Shown piece by piece: positions 50,201 through 62,240 of a DNA stretch of 64,000 nt. Position numbers and translations under genes: made by a program. Every line of letters begins with the position of its first letter. The stretch's first letter is position 1. This stretch comes from Octopus sinensis (Eukaryota): NCBI RefSeq assembly GCF_006345805.1, contig NW_021836298.1, positions 3,430-67,429 on the forward strand, given 5' to 3'. The notes under the pieces are model-generated. The model did no database searches, was not told where the DNA came from, and was given only the letters and a program-made list of their open reading frames with translations.

Positions 50201-51249
50201 TAAAATATGTCCAACACTTCAGTCCACTCAGCTGGCGAAAATATGTAATTTTACAGCGGACTAAATCAAAATCAAAATCGATCAACATCAATGGAAATTG
50301 TAGCTGTGATACCAGTGCCGGTGGTACGTAAAAGAACCATCCGAACGTGGCCGTTACCAGTGCCGCCCGACTGGCCTCTGTGCCGATGGCACGTAAAAAG
50401 CACCTTCCAATCGTGACCGTTTGCCAGCCTCGTCTGGCACCTGTGCCGGTGGCACGTAAAAAGCACCCACTACATTCACGGAGTGGTTGGCGTTAGGAAG
50501 GGCATCCAGCCGTAGAAACTTTGCCAGATCAGACTGGGCCTGGTGCAGCCTTCTGGCTTGCAGACCCCAGTTGAACCGTCCAACCCATGCTAGCATGGAA
50601 AGCGGACACTAAATGATGATGACTAGCGTCCTATTCATGGAAAAATATATAAGCCGGGGGAACCGGGAAACCAACCCTATGCTTTTTATGATGTAATGTG
50701 GTCTAACATAATTAGGTACAGTTACTTTCTACTCACCAGGTGGTTCTGCCAACATCTGGACTTCCGGTTTTGACGACTTTGGACCCTCTGAAATAAACAA
50801 TTTCATGTTTTAAACACTGTAGAAAAAATTCTTTATCATTATTAATAATCGATATTTTATTATTGTTAGACAATCCTATCATCATTGGTCAACTGGTGAC
50901 CATCATGCTTTTGGAGAGCATTTGTATAATTTCTTGAGTATTACTATGTAACGATTCAAAATTTAGGTCCACAACAGCCTAAACTACACTTAACAACCCT
51001 TCTCTGTCTCTTAAGGCATCCAGCAATTCTAACAATTCTGAAATTATCTCATTTAATTATCACCTAATAACAACAGATTCTCTCTTAGTTTCGTTTTGGT
51101 TTTCTTATGTTTGTTCCAGATCTTTGACAAGACATCGTCATTTCACCTCCAGAGATCTCTAATCAATATTCGTCTCATCTTCTGCTAAGTTCAAATGTCA
51201 ACCAAGTTGCGCATCGAATATCCAACCCCAAACACGAAACACCACTTCA

Positions 51250-51293
<44 letters not shown>

Positions 51294-52577
51294 GTTCTCT
51301 TTGTTATTGGTTACTACTAGTAATCTTTAATCTTAATTACCCACATCACAGTTCTCCAGAATGTAATCAGATGTGGGGAAATATCTGAAGATATTTCAAT
51401 GTCATTCATCCTCCTGAATAAAGCAGGTCGAACAGAAAGTGACATCAGGTCTAACAGGAAGTGATATCTCGTGTCCTAAATTAACACACTACATTCACAC
51501 AAAACCTCTTTAACGACATAAAACTTGTCATCCAAACATTATTGCTGTGAAAATATTTGAAACGGTTCAGAAGAACTGATACTCAGGAATACTAATCTAT
51601 ACATCAATCAAAGTTTCCCACCCTTTTGATGTCCCCTCTCTAATGTTGGTCCCTAAACCCTCAGTTGAGATTTTCTTATTGAGTCTCCTATTTTATAAAG
51701 GCTCCCTCTTATATTCATATAACTGCAGTTGTTTTTAATTATCAGATTCCGAAGATATTGATAAATCATTAATCACTCTAATCACACACAAGATGTCGGT
51801 ATTTACTGATAGAACCTTGGTGATTTATTGGTATTTAGTCACCATTTATAATTCAGTATTCTTTATTATTTTTATGTTGCAGAAATCAACCATCTTGAAG
51901 TGTGACAAGTCTTCTAATTGGACAAGAACAAAGTTTAGTGGGAGTAGTGAGAGACATAATATGACAGAGAAAAAGACACCTGGAACATCTTTTATCAAAA
52001 GTGTGCTTGATTAAGGCAGAACTGGATCTACACAACAGGAAATACAATATTCCACACCATACAGCCCAAGAGACAAACAGACAGATCATACAGTATTCTT
52101 ACCCAAACTATTTTTGCTCGTTATATTCTGTCCACACTTGAGGCATTGTTTAGGTATCTTTTGGGGACAGCATTTCTTACACAGCGAAAGATGTTTACAT
52201 GGAAAGAACGTCTCTGTGGCCACTTCGTCTTCACAAAACACACATCTGAGGAACAAAAACATGAACACATCCCATTAATAACATTCATTTATAACAAATA
52301 TTACATTGCGTGCATATTTACAGTAGAGAATATTATGCGACACCACAATTAAACAATTACATATGGGCGAATTTGTGAGTATATAAATGCAGACCCAGAC
52401 ACACAGACACAGACACAGGCACACACACACACACATACACACACATATATATATATATATAAATGGACACAAATATTAATAAGTATATGTCATGACATTG
52501 ATACATCACAAAAACTGATTTACGCAAAGTGAACAACATATATTCCAGAAATATAATTCACTTATATATATATATAT

Positions 52578-52639
<62 letters not shown>

Positions 52640-52863
52640 AGTGTCCGAGTCAGTCGCCATGATAGATTGTTAGCCGCTACACACATTTTTTTCTCTCCTT
52701 GTTTCTATCCTTGTTTTTTTTTCCGTGTCCCTTTCTGTAGAAGAGCGAAGGCTCGAAACGTAAAAGACTTTTTCTATTCCTTCAACACCATCTGTCATCG
52801 TCTTTTGTTTTTTTCGTAAACACTCCCTATATATATATATATATTATATATATATATATATAT

Positions 52864-52931
<68 letters not shown>

Positions 52932-53611
52932 ATGTGTGTTTGTGTGTGTGTGTGCGTATATATATATATATATATATATACACGGGGGGAAATAGATATT
53001 CGTAATGTCAAAATTCTTTCTTTATTTAATTTCTAATGAACATAAATGGGATATACCACTATTATATATTTGCATACAGATGCATAAACTAAGAATATGC
53101 GAAAGAAACTAATAAATTATAGTAACTAAGGAATTTATATACAATTATAAATATTTAGGGGTGAAAAAAGTATTCGTAAAGAATATAGATAACTGATAAT
53201 TCTGATTTAATACTTCGTAGCATAACCATTATTCAGTTCCACTTCAACCAATCTCTTCTTGTAGTTCTTCACCAATGACTCGCATGTTTCTTTAGGAATT
53301 TTTTCCTATTCTTCTTGACAAATTTTCTTCAAATCTGTAATGCATGTTGGGGCTCTTGAATTTCAGTTTTCAAATAACGCCACAAATTTTCAATGGGGTT
53401 CAAGTCAGGTGACAGGCTTGGCCATTACAATAATTTTATATTGTGATTGACAATCCATATTTGGTAGACTTCACCGTGTGCTTAGGGCCGTTTCCCTGTT
53501 GTAAAACCCACCCTTCACAAAGCTGGAGCTTTTCAACAGAGTCCCATAAATTATTGTTCAAAATATTTTGGTACATCTCTGCATTCATTCTACCACACAC
53601 ACACACACGCA

Positions 53612-53657
<46 letters not shown>

Positions 53658-53819
53658 AATGGACACAAATATTAATAAATATATGTCATAACATTGATAC
53701 ATCACAAAAAGTGATTTACGCAAAGTGAACAACATATATTCCAGAAATATAATTCATTTATATACATACACATACACACACACATACATACATACATACA
53801 TACATACATACATACATCA

Positions 53820-53850
<31 letters not shown>

Positions 53851-54131
53851 GTTTAGATGGGCTGGACATATCGCCCAGCTCACCGAAAATCTGTGGACAC
53901 GCGCAGTTGTCGAGTGGTACCCGCGCGAGTGGAAACGACCACCCGGAAGGCCTTCACGTCGGTGGAGTAACGATTTCAGGAGGACGATTGGGATCACGTG
54001 GATGAGGAAGGCGCGATCCAGAGAGAAGTGGACAGCGTGCTGTGACCAGCGGTGTCAATTGGACGCCCGAGGGACTAGTCGGTCAAGGTGATATATATGT
54101 ATGTATGAATATATGTATGAACGTATGTATA

Positions 54132-54188
<57 letters not shown>

Positions 54189-55214
54189 ATATATAGACAT
54201 ACATACATACATACATACGTACGTACGTACGTACGTACGTACATACATGCATACATACATGCATACATATAACACTTGATTGTATCTAATCTGTTTTAGA
54301 AGTCGTCTATACTTAGACATTTGACTTTGAATTTTATGGATGGACAGATAGGACACAATTCCTACAGCTTCATGTATGGCTGATCCATGCCACAAAACAG
54401 GTCATTGTTCTAAATTAGAGTAATGACTTTAGATTTATATACGATATGTGTGTACATAACCAGGGAATTATTTTCAAAAGTGATGAGTTGAATGCAGTAA
54501 ATGTCATGTTTCCATCTGCCATCACTGCACCACAAACTTCAGATTGATCTCAGGCCATTACAAGGTACATTGTTATTCTATGACTGAAAGACTGTGAGAA
54601 ATAGTTCAACTACCTGATTGGTCCCTTCAGTGCCTGATCCATGCGTCTTCCTCCACCATGGCTGTGGAATAAATAGCAAGTTACATTTCGTTACACAGAG
54701 ACACTCTAATTTACAGTAGAGAATATTATGCGACGCCACAATTAAACAATTACATATGGGCGAATTTGTGAGTATATAAATGCAGATACAGACACACAGA
54801 CACAGACACAGACACACAGACACAGACACACACACACACACACATACACACATATATATATATATAAATGGACACAAATATTAATAAGTATATGTCATGA
54901 CATTGATACATCACAAAAACTGATTTACACAAAGTGAACAACATATATTCCAGAAATATAATTCACTTATATATATATGTGTGTGTGTGTGTCCGAGTCA
55001 GTCGCCATGATAGATTGTTAGCCGCTACACACATTTTTTTCTCTCCTTGTTCCTATCCTTGTTTTTTTTTTCCGTGTCCCTTTCTGTAGAAGAGCGAAGG
55101 CTCGAAACGTAAAAGACTTTTTCTATTCCTTCAATACCACCTGTCATCGTCTTTTGTTTTTTTCGTAAACTCTCCCTATATATATATATATAATAATATA
55201 TATATATATATATG

Positions 55215-55248
<34 letters not shown>

Positions 55249-55282
55249 CGTATATTATATATATAATATATAACATATACGC

Positions 55283-55315
<33 letters not shown>

Positions 55316-56836
55316 CACGGGGGGAAATAAATATTCGTGCATGTCAAAATTCTTTATTTATTTAATTTCTAATGAACATAAATGGGATATACCACTATTA
55401 TATATTTGCATACAGATGCATAAACTAAGAATATGCAAAAGAAACTAATAAATTATAGTAACTAAGGAATTTATATACAATCATAAATATTTAGGGGTGA
55501 AAAAAGTATTCGTACAGAATATAAATAACTGATAATTCTGATATGATACTTCGTAGCATAACCATTATTCAGTTCCACTTCAACCAATATCTTCTAGTAG
55601 TTCTTCCCCAATAACTCGCATGTTTCTTTAGGAATTTTTTCCTATTCTTCTTGACAAATTTTCTTCAAATCTGTAATGCATGTTGGGGCTCTTGAATTTC
55701 AGTTTTCAAATAACGCCACAAATTTTCAATGGGGTTCAAGTCAGGTGACAGGCTTGGCCATTACAATAATTTTATATTGTGATTGACAATCCATATTTGG
55801 TAGACTTCACCGTGTGCTTAGGGCCGTTACCCTATTGTAAAACCCACCCTTCACAAAGCTGGAGCTTTTCAACAGAGTCCCATAAATTATTGTTCAAAAT
55901 ATTTTGGTACATCTCTGCATTCATTCTACCATCTATCACATGTAAATTGCCAGTACCATTTGCAGAGAAACACCCCCACACCTCCAATCTTTACGGTAGG
56001 AATTGTGTTTTTACTCCAAACATGGGTAAGCTAATTTCGTCCAAACAATTCAATTTTCGTCTCGTCTGTCCATAGAACATTTTCCCAGAATGTATCAGAT
56101 TTATCTTTATGTTCATAACAAATTTTAAAGGGCATCTCTATGCCTTTTAGTCAACAGAGGAGTTTTTCTAGGAGAGCGTAACTTCAGTTCATTCCTATGA
56201 AAACTCCTTTCTGGTGATTATTGCGTTTTTTTCCGATTCTTCTCTTCATTTTTCTTAAAGATCTTGGGGAAATCTTGCGTGGTGCTCCGGATCTTATTCT
56301 GTTTTCAACAGTTCCCGATTCCTTATATCTTTGAATAAATGAAGATATGGTAGTAAGCGGAATACAAAGTGTCTCTGATATTTTCCTGTATCTTTTACCT
56401 ACTTTCTACAGTTCAATAATTAAGTTTTTCACTGAATTTGTGAGTTCTTTACTTTTCGCCATTATTGCGATATCACTTTATGTTGTCTCAGTGCTGAATG
56501 AAGAAGCTAGTGTTTTGACACTCAAAAATGAAAACTGATAAGATTATTGGAATAAACAAGAAATTTCTAGTAAAAAATATTTTAACAGTATTTTGTGGCA
56601 TAGAAAATCATACATTTATTCTGTACGAATACTTTTTTCACCCCTAAATATTTATGATTGTATATAAATTCATTAGTTACTATAATTTATTAGTTTCTTT
56701 TGCATATTCTTAGTTTATGCATCTGTATGCAAATATATAATAGTGGTATATCCCATTTATGTTCATTAGAAATTAAATAAAGAATTTTGACAGACGAATA
56801 TTTATTTCCTCCCCACAGTATATATATATATAAAAT

Positions 56837-56932
<96 letters not shown>

Positions 56933-59900
56933 TACATGTATGTATCTATGTATGCATGTATAATACGTATGTATGTATGTATGTATTCGTGTATGTACGC
57001 TCATTGTATGTGTTTGTAGGCGATTTTCTCAGGATAGCTCACATGGACATGACTGGCTGGGACAGAGAAGACAGAGGAATAATCTGTTGGTAGAGAGATA
57101 AATTCCATCACTTCACTATTTACTTGTACATTTTCTCATTGGTCCCAAATCTTTAAAATAGGGAATTGAGAGAGGTGGGTGGGGATTTTAGGAGAGGTAT
57201 AACAGTCAACGCAACCAATCATTTGAATGTAATCAAAATAGTGTCCTTTCTTTTAATTAGCTTAACATCTGCATATTGTTTATTGTTCTTCTTACTGTTG
57301 TTGTCTAACCTTTCATTAAGCTACTAAGACAGTATAATGTATCAGTAGAATTAAAACAATATAAACATTTAAACATGGTTATATACAAAATAGAAAATGT
57401 AATGGTTTATCTTGTCATTGCCAGTGAATACTTACTGCGGTGGGAATAACATATTTAACATCTTTTTTAAATTTTCCTTTTTTATTAGGTCCAATGGTGT
57501 TCTACCACTTTTGTTTTTACAGTAAAAGTTGGCCCCGTGGTGGGCTAGGTAGCTGGCAACTACCACACCAGAGCACCTTTCTTCGTTTCCCAGTTTCAGC
57601 TCTACGCAGAACTACAAATGATGAAATATAAAATGATGAGTTAAAGATTACACAAACATATACTAAAGATGCCCCAAATTACACAACAGTTCAACTACAT
57701 TTACACATAGTTTTGTTTCTCCAGTGATTAAACTATTCACACAGCGTTGATTTCTTACATCATCTCTTAGTTGAGTCCACTTTTCATTATCATTTGTTTT
57801 ACTTTACGTTCTACATTAAGACAAAAATTATGATCATTATATTGACAAAACGCACATTAGTGGTCAACGTTATTGCTTAACAATGATATTTAATGAGTAA
57901 ATATTTACTTGCCAATCACAAATGTCACAAACTATTCAATAAAAACACAATATAAAGTTATTATAACATCAAGTCAAATATACACAATATAAGGACAGAA
58001 ATGTCACAATAATGAAAGACAACAAACCAACAAGAACCTATCTCTACAACTGGCTTGATAAAGCCAAATGGCCACAGCAAGAGAAATACTTACGGAAGAG
58101 TATTGTACATATAAGTACTAGCTTAAGGTGACCCGCTCTACGCGTGGGTGAGGGTGTGATTGTTACTTTCTGTTGCTTCCTTTGTTTCTTATCGCCATAT
58201 TCACCCTCTTTGTTCCTCTCTCCTTTCTCTCTCACTTCCTCACTCTCTTACTCTTCCTTTATCTCGGACTCTCCCTCACTTTCTCTTGCTTTTTATCTTT
58301 CTCTATCTCTCTATCTTCCATTTATGAAAAATTAGATTTCCGTGCTTAAATTACAAATCTTCTACTTTACCATGTTGAAAATTTGATTGAAATCGGGCAA
58401 AAGGTGTCCAATCTAAACCCCCAATTGTCCCCCAAAATCAATAAAATCCCTATTTTCACACCAAAACGACCACAGTAGCGCCCCAAAAGTCTCTCAAACA
58501 ATTTCTCACCGCAAGTTACCCCCTCTTTTAAATTGTAATCCCCTTCCAGGCCCAATTACACATCTTTTTACATAAAAATCCAATTTGTATCATCGTTCGC
58601 CTTCTTCATTTGATAGATTAGAAATACATACCCGGTCTTGTTCGGGATTAAAATAGTTATTATTGTTTTACTAGTTTTGGTATAATAACCCGATTTCATT
58701 CGGGTCTAAACGGGCCACATTTTAAAAGATGAGGGATTTTGCCCTAGAGTCCATGCCTTTCAATTGAGCAAATTCGAAGTTCCAATACAAACTCGCTAGC
58801 ACTTTTAACATAGGTGTGTTTATTTTTAGCACAATCCAACCACATATGCACACAGTATATATATAAATTAACACAATATATCTGTTTAATAATATCTGTT
58901 ATGATTGTGCGATGGAGGTGGGCGATATTAATTCACCGTTCTAAAAGACCTGTGGCGAGAATATTTAAACTTTTGCGGTTGTCATCGCTTTCTGTCTATA
59001 GATACAGACAGATGTACAGTGAGAGAGGTGGTGGAAGAAAGAGTGACAGAGAGACGTCGTTATAGAGGGATCAAAAAATCACTCTTTTTGCCATAGCAAC
59101 CACATCTTATAGCTTGCGAATTTTAACCATCGCGGGTCTCATTCTCACCACGCATTTAGTATCCTTGCCAATTTGCAGCTCGATCCTTGCCTCGGTTGGC
59201 TGCCATTAACCTCCAAAGCAAATGTGCATAAAATTTTCGTCAAAGGACTGTTTTATAGATATGAATAACACCACAAATAATATAAGTTATACCAGAAAAG
59301 AGAACAGCAACAACATAGCAAGGCCTTCAGACATAACAACTAAATCAACACCACATAGACATATCCACGCAGATCAATAATGTTTCTATAATTAAGTGGA
59401 TTGGAGAGAAAAACAGGGTATATAAGGCATCGGATTTTGTGCGCAAGAGAGAAGTCTACCATGGTATGGTTATGTGATGCATATGGATGAAGATAGCTTC
59501 ATCAAGAAGGGGTGATCTCTCATTGTGGAGGGAATGTGTGGAGGGGGTAGACCCAGAAAGACGTGCAATAATGTGGTGAGAAAGGACTGTCAGACGTTGG
59601 GCCTCACAGAGGGGATGAAATGGGAGCGATACTTTTGGCAGTCTGCTGTACTTGAGATAATATGCCAAGCTAAGTCGTCATTGTCCTTGCATACTGTCAT
59701 GACCCCTGTATCATTCTTCGTCTGAGATATCCTAATCTTGTGGGATCATGGGTGCTGATGCTTCGGAAAAATCACCCATGCTGGTGTCACATACAAATAT
59801 CCGTGTCGGTGCTGCAGAAAAGCACGCAGTACATTATGTAAATTGGGTGGCATTAGGAAGGACGTCCAACTATCGAAACAATGCGAAAAGAGATATGGAG

Positions 59901-61042
59901 CCCAGGTAGCTTTTCAGCTGACCAGCTTCTGTCAAAGCGTCGAACCCATGCCAGCTTTGAAAACAGTCGATACATTATCATGATGATGATGATGATGAAT
60001 TAATAAGGACACATCTTTTGATGAAGAAAGTGAAGTAAGGGAAGTAAGAATCGGTGTCACAGTTGAGCCAGAACACCAACGCATAGTTGATAAATTGTTC
60101 AGTGTTAGTCTGATGGACTATTCCAGTAGGTGGGGAGGTCGCTGGCTGTCAGAGTAGGTTCCTCTCACCAAAGTAGACATTACAACAATACACAGATGAC
60201 CATCAACTGCCTGAATAGTAGTCAGTCATCTGTAGTGAGCTTTATTCATATGGGAATAGCCCAATGTCATAATTCAAAACTAACGCAGCGAAAATTTTGA
60301 AAAGTTCCCCCAGTTCTGAAAAAAATCGATAAATTCGACATGGGGTCGAGAATCTAAACTTTTTATATGCAACACATCTTCTGTCTAGAGGACGCAACTC
60401 GACCTTTTTATTGCCCAAAGGGACAGCTAGGAACATCGTATACACAGAAGTATTCGAGTGAAGAGAAGATATTGCAACCTACACATGCACCTTCGTTCCC
60501 AAGAGGGAAAGGACTAGATTGGGACTAGTCGTTGCCTACTAGGGGCTCTTACATACCCAGGCAATGCCGGGCTATGCTGCTAATATTATATAAAAGAAAT
60601 GTGACAGAGAGCTGTTTCAGGCAGAATTCTTCATGGAATGGACAAGATGTATTTATTATCATGGCACCAGCACTATAAATGGTACTGTCTATCATATGAA
60701 CCTCTCTTTTACCCAGTATCATTGTTAATTCAGAATAATATATCATGTCTTGAATAGATCATTTCTCCTTCAAATTTTGATGACCGTGTTTGTACGGCCA
60801 ACATTCGAGATGGATCACCTTCTCTACCATGGAGAGGTCGTGCCTTTGAGGACGGAAGGGGACGGAATAGAGAATAGTGTTTGTTACATAATAATATAAC
60901 TAAGGGTTACCATTGTGACTGGATCAGGAAATGGTAATGGAGGATGGGGTTGGTAGGTGAGAATTGCGATACAAACAATGTCTGTTTCTGTCTGTCTTTC
61001 TCTGTCTGTTTGTCTATTTTACACACACACAGACGCACAAAT

Positions 61043-61078
<36 letters not shown>

Positions 61079-61351
61079 ACCCACACACAAACACACACAC
61101 ACACACACACACACATAGTCACAAACAATGTGAAAACTTACCTGATCTAACATGGTCATGTGCTCCACCTCAGAATTAAATTCTTTGGTTGCTAACGCCA
61201 GGTGCAGGCAATTATCTCCTCCATAGTCGAGAGCATTTACATTCGCACCCCTGGCTATCAGCCTCTGAATTATTCCGAGGTGACCGTTCGAAACAGCTTC
61301 AAGCAATGGTGTCCTATATTTTTTGTTCACAATTTCTAAATTCACCGAATC
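38027..61351 (-). CDS. Spliced gene encoding an ankyrin-repeat / RING-HC / linker / death-domain protein (Mind bomb-like ANK-RING half plus DD); 5' exons not found in the window
   Basis: Nine GT-AG exons: 61142-61351, 57436-57611, 52103-52245, 50737-50787, 46702-46752, 44758-44808, 42036-42101, 41013-41084, 38027-38229. They total 1023 nt, phases are consistent (0,0,2,1,1,1,1,1,1), there is no internal stop, and they give 340 aa plus TAA. AATAAA lies at 37760-37765 (minus). Confidence 0.85.
38570..38960 (-). mobile_element. Old RTE 3' remnant
   Basis: Degenerate RRPRGR.K..W motif. Confidence 0.5.
39592..39755 (-). mobile_element. Short 3' fragment of the same CR1 family
   Basis: Reverse complement of about 30115-30265, including the 3'UTR. 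Confidence 0.85.
41013..41084 (-). CDS. First death-domain exon (E)[23 protein letters not shown]
   Basis: 72 nt, phase 1-1; L..VA..LG..W...G is the start of a death-domain fold. Confidence 0.85.
42036..42101 (-). CDS. 66-nt phase 1-1 linker exon (E)[21 protein letters not shown]
   Basis: ttttttcag acceptor, gtgagt donor. Confidence 0.75.
43150..44300 (-). mobile_element. Hero-like (restriction-like-endonuclease clade) non-LTR remnant; part duplicated at about 45595-45850
   Basis: GCVEH..IWDAI..AK....[15 protein letters not shown] and PISILNGKI motifs. Confidence 0.7.
44758..44808 (-). CDS. 51-nt phase 1-1 linker exon (V)[16 protein letters not shown], copy 1
   Basis: Same splice sites as copy 2; lies in a recent tandem duplication. 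Confidence 0.72.
46008..46394 (+). mobile_element. SINE family B inserted in one copy of a tandem duplication
   Basis: Empty site visible at about 44445-44455 in the other copy. Confidence 0.88.
46702..46752 (-). CDS. 51-nt phase 1-1 linker exon (V)[16 protein letters not shown], copy 2
   Basis: ttcatttcag acceptor, gtgagt donor; one synonymous difference from copy 1. Confidence 0.72.
48990..50160 (-). mobile_element. DNA transposase relic (SDxAENY / [11 protein letters not shown] / HGK..DG-type family; Sola-like, superfamily uncertain)
   Basis: Frameshifted ORFs 49894-50157, 49706-49897, 49259-49489 with [53 protein letters not shown]. Confidence 0.7.
50262..50623 (+). mobile_element. SINE-like family C (GGAAGGGCATCCAGC core, AACCCATGCTAGCATGGAAAGCGGAC-(ATG)n tail)
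   Basis: Other copies ~6505-6705(+), 7563-7960(-), 15296-15590(-), ~59745-60000(+). Confidence 0.8.
50737..50787 (-). CDS. 51-nt phase 1-1 linker exon (E)[16 protein letters not shown]
   Basis: tttatttcag acceptor, gtgagt donor, frame-preserving. Confidence 0.75.
52103..52245 (-). CDS. RING-HC (C3HC4) exon CVFC..PCKH..CKKC..CLKC
   Basis: Acceptor ttcctcag, donor gtaaga, 143 nt; Cys/His spacing of MIB/IAP-type RING fingers. Confidence 0.92.
52729..52768 (+). ncRNA. Minimal type I hammerhead, same family, core CUGUAGA
   Basis: CUUU-CUGUAGA-A-GAGCGAAGGCUC-GAAA-CGU-A-AAAG; solo tail 52643-52827 ending at (TA)n. Confidence 0.72.
52981..53595 (-). mobile_element. Duplicated terminal 0.6 kb of the same Tc1 element
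   Basis: Near-identical to 55316-55931. Confidence 0.85.
53849..54091 (+). mobile_element. RTE-type LINE 3' fragment
   Basis: RWAGHIA...WT...EWYPR..KRPPGRP..RW. Confidence 0.8.
55078..55117 (+). ncRNA. Minimal type I hammerhead, duplicate of the 52.7-kb copy
   Basis: Identical motif inside the local segmental duplication; solo tail 54991-55176. Confidence 0.72.
55316..56818 (-). mobile_element. Full-length Tc1 (DD34E-like) element with ~210-bp TIRs and a dead transposase
   Basis: TA flanks; TIRs 55316-~55525 and ~56607-56818; [42 protein letters not shown]; internal stops. Confidence 0.88.
57436..57611 (-). CDS. Last ankyrin-region exon ([58 protein letters not shown])
   Basis: Acceptor tttcatcatttgtag, donor gtaagt, 176 nt, phase 0 to 2; homologous to plus-strand exon 16445-16577. 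Confidence 0.9.
58670..59070 (-). mobile_element. Non-autonomous Helitron-like element
   Basis: CCCGaatgaaatCGGG hairpin then CTAGT on the minus strand. Confidence 0.55.
59455..59680 (+). mobile_element. RTE 3' fragment, same family as 63631-63831
   Basis: WYG.V..MD...GRP.KT pattern and nucleotide similarity. Confidence 0.7.
61142..61351 (-). CDS. Ankyrin-repeat exon ([70 protein letters not shown])
   Basis: Acceptor ttttacctccacaaag, donor gtaagt, 210 nt; TPLxxA..GH and G.NCLHLA ankyrin motifs. Confidence 0.92.
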
Positions 61352-61779
61352 CTTTGTGGAGGTAAAAATGGAAAATGAAAATTTACATGAAAATCAGGGT
61401 TGATATCAATGTCATTACAGTTTTCTACTGGGTACTAGATCAAACTGATCAAATACATTTGATGTTTGTCAGTGAAATAAATCTTCCATAAGGACCTTCT
61501 ATAACCTGATACATGTGTGTGTTAGAGACATGATAAACATATTAAGATGTCCTACATTTGCCCCTCACTATAGTAAGTTGTAGGGCAACAGAACTAGAGT
61601 AAACACATGATTAGCAGATCAAGTCAAGTAAAGAAGAATTATGATTTTCTAATGTTACTTTTGACGTTGCTACATTAATAAGGGGTTCATAAAACTGCTG
61701 AGCCGGTTAGCGTCCACATGCATAAAACTAATGCGCACGCAGGCACACACACATAAACATCAGTGTTACATATATAAAT

Positions 61780-62240
61780 ACATAATGAATGAAGGGGAAA
61801 CGGAGTTCACGAGAATATGCATCACAACGACCGTTTCGACCCATCTTGCATCGGTCGCTTGCGGTGGGGGCTACTATACATGTTGTGTTGCATCCTCCAG
61901 TGCAGATGCATCTCATCGGGTGCCTTGTTTTAATGTAAAGATACCTCACTAAATATATTCAGTTTCACTTGACATGTTGTTGCTAGGAGCTTCTTGGTAC
62001 AACATGAGAGACAACAGCCTTCTGGCAACAACAACATTCCAAGCGAAACCGAATATATTTACAGAGGTATCTTCTTTAAAACAAGACACCCGATGACATG
62101 CATCTGCAACGGAGGATGTACAACAACCAGTTATACAATATCCTACCTGCAAGGGCCCGATGCAAGATGGATTGAAACAATCGTTGCGATGAATGAAAAT
62201 TCTCGTTAACTCCATTTTCTGCTTCCATCATTCATTATAA
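61780..62240. repeat. Fold-back element with ~210-bp imperfect arms and a ~25-bp loop
   Basis: 61780-61992 approximates the reverse complement of 62015-62240. Confidence 0.85.

Larger units (their letters stand above)
52318..55931. repeat. Intronic ~1.25-kb direct duplication (52318-53595 vs 54711-55931)
   Basis: Both copies contain intron sequence, a hammerhead tail and a Tc1 end; a third partial copy lies at ~53645-53760. Confidence 0.92.
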
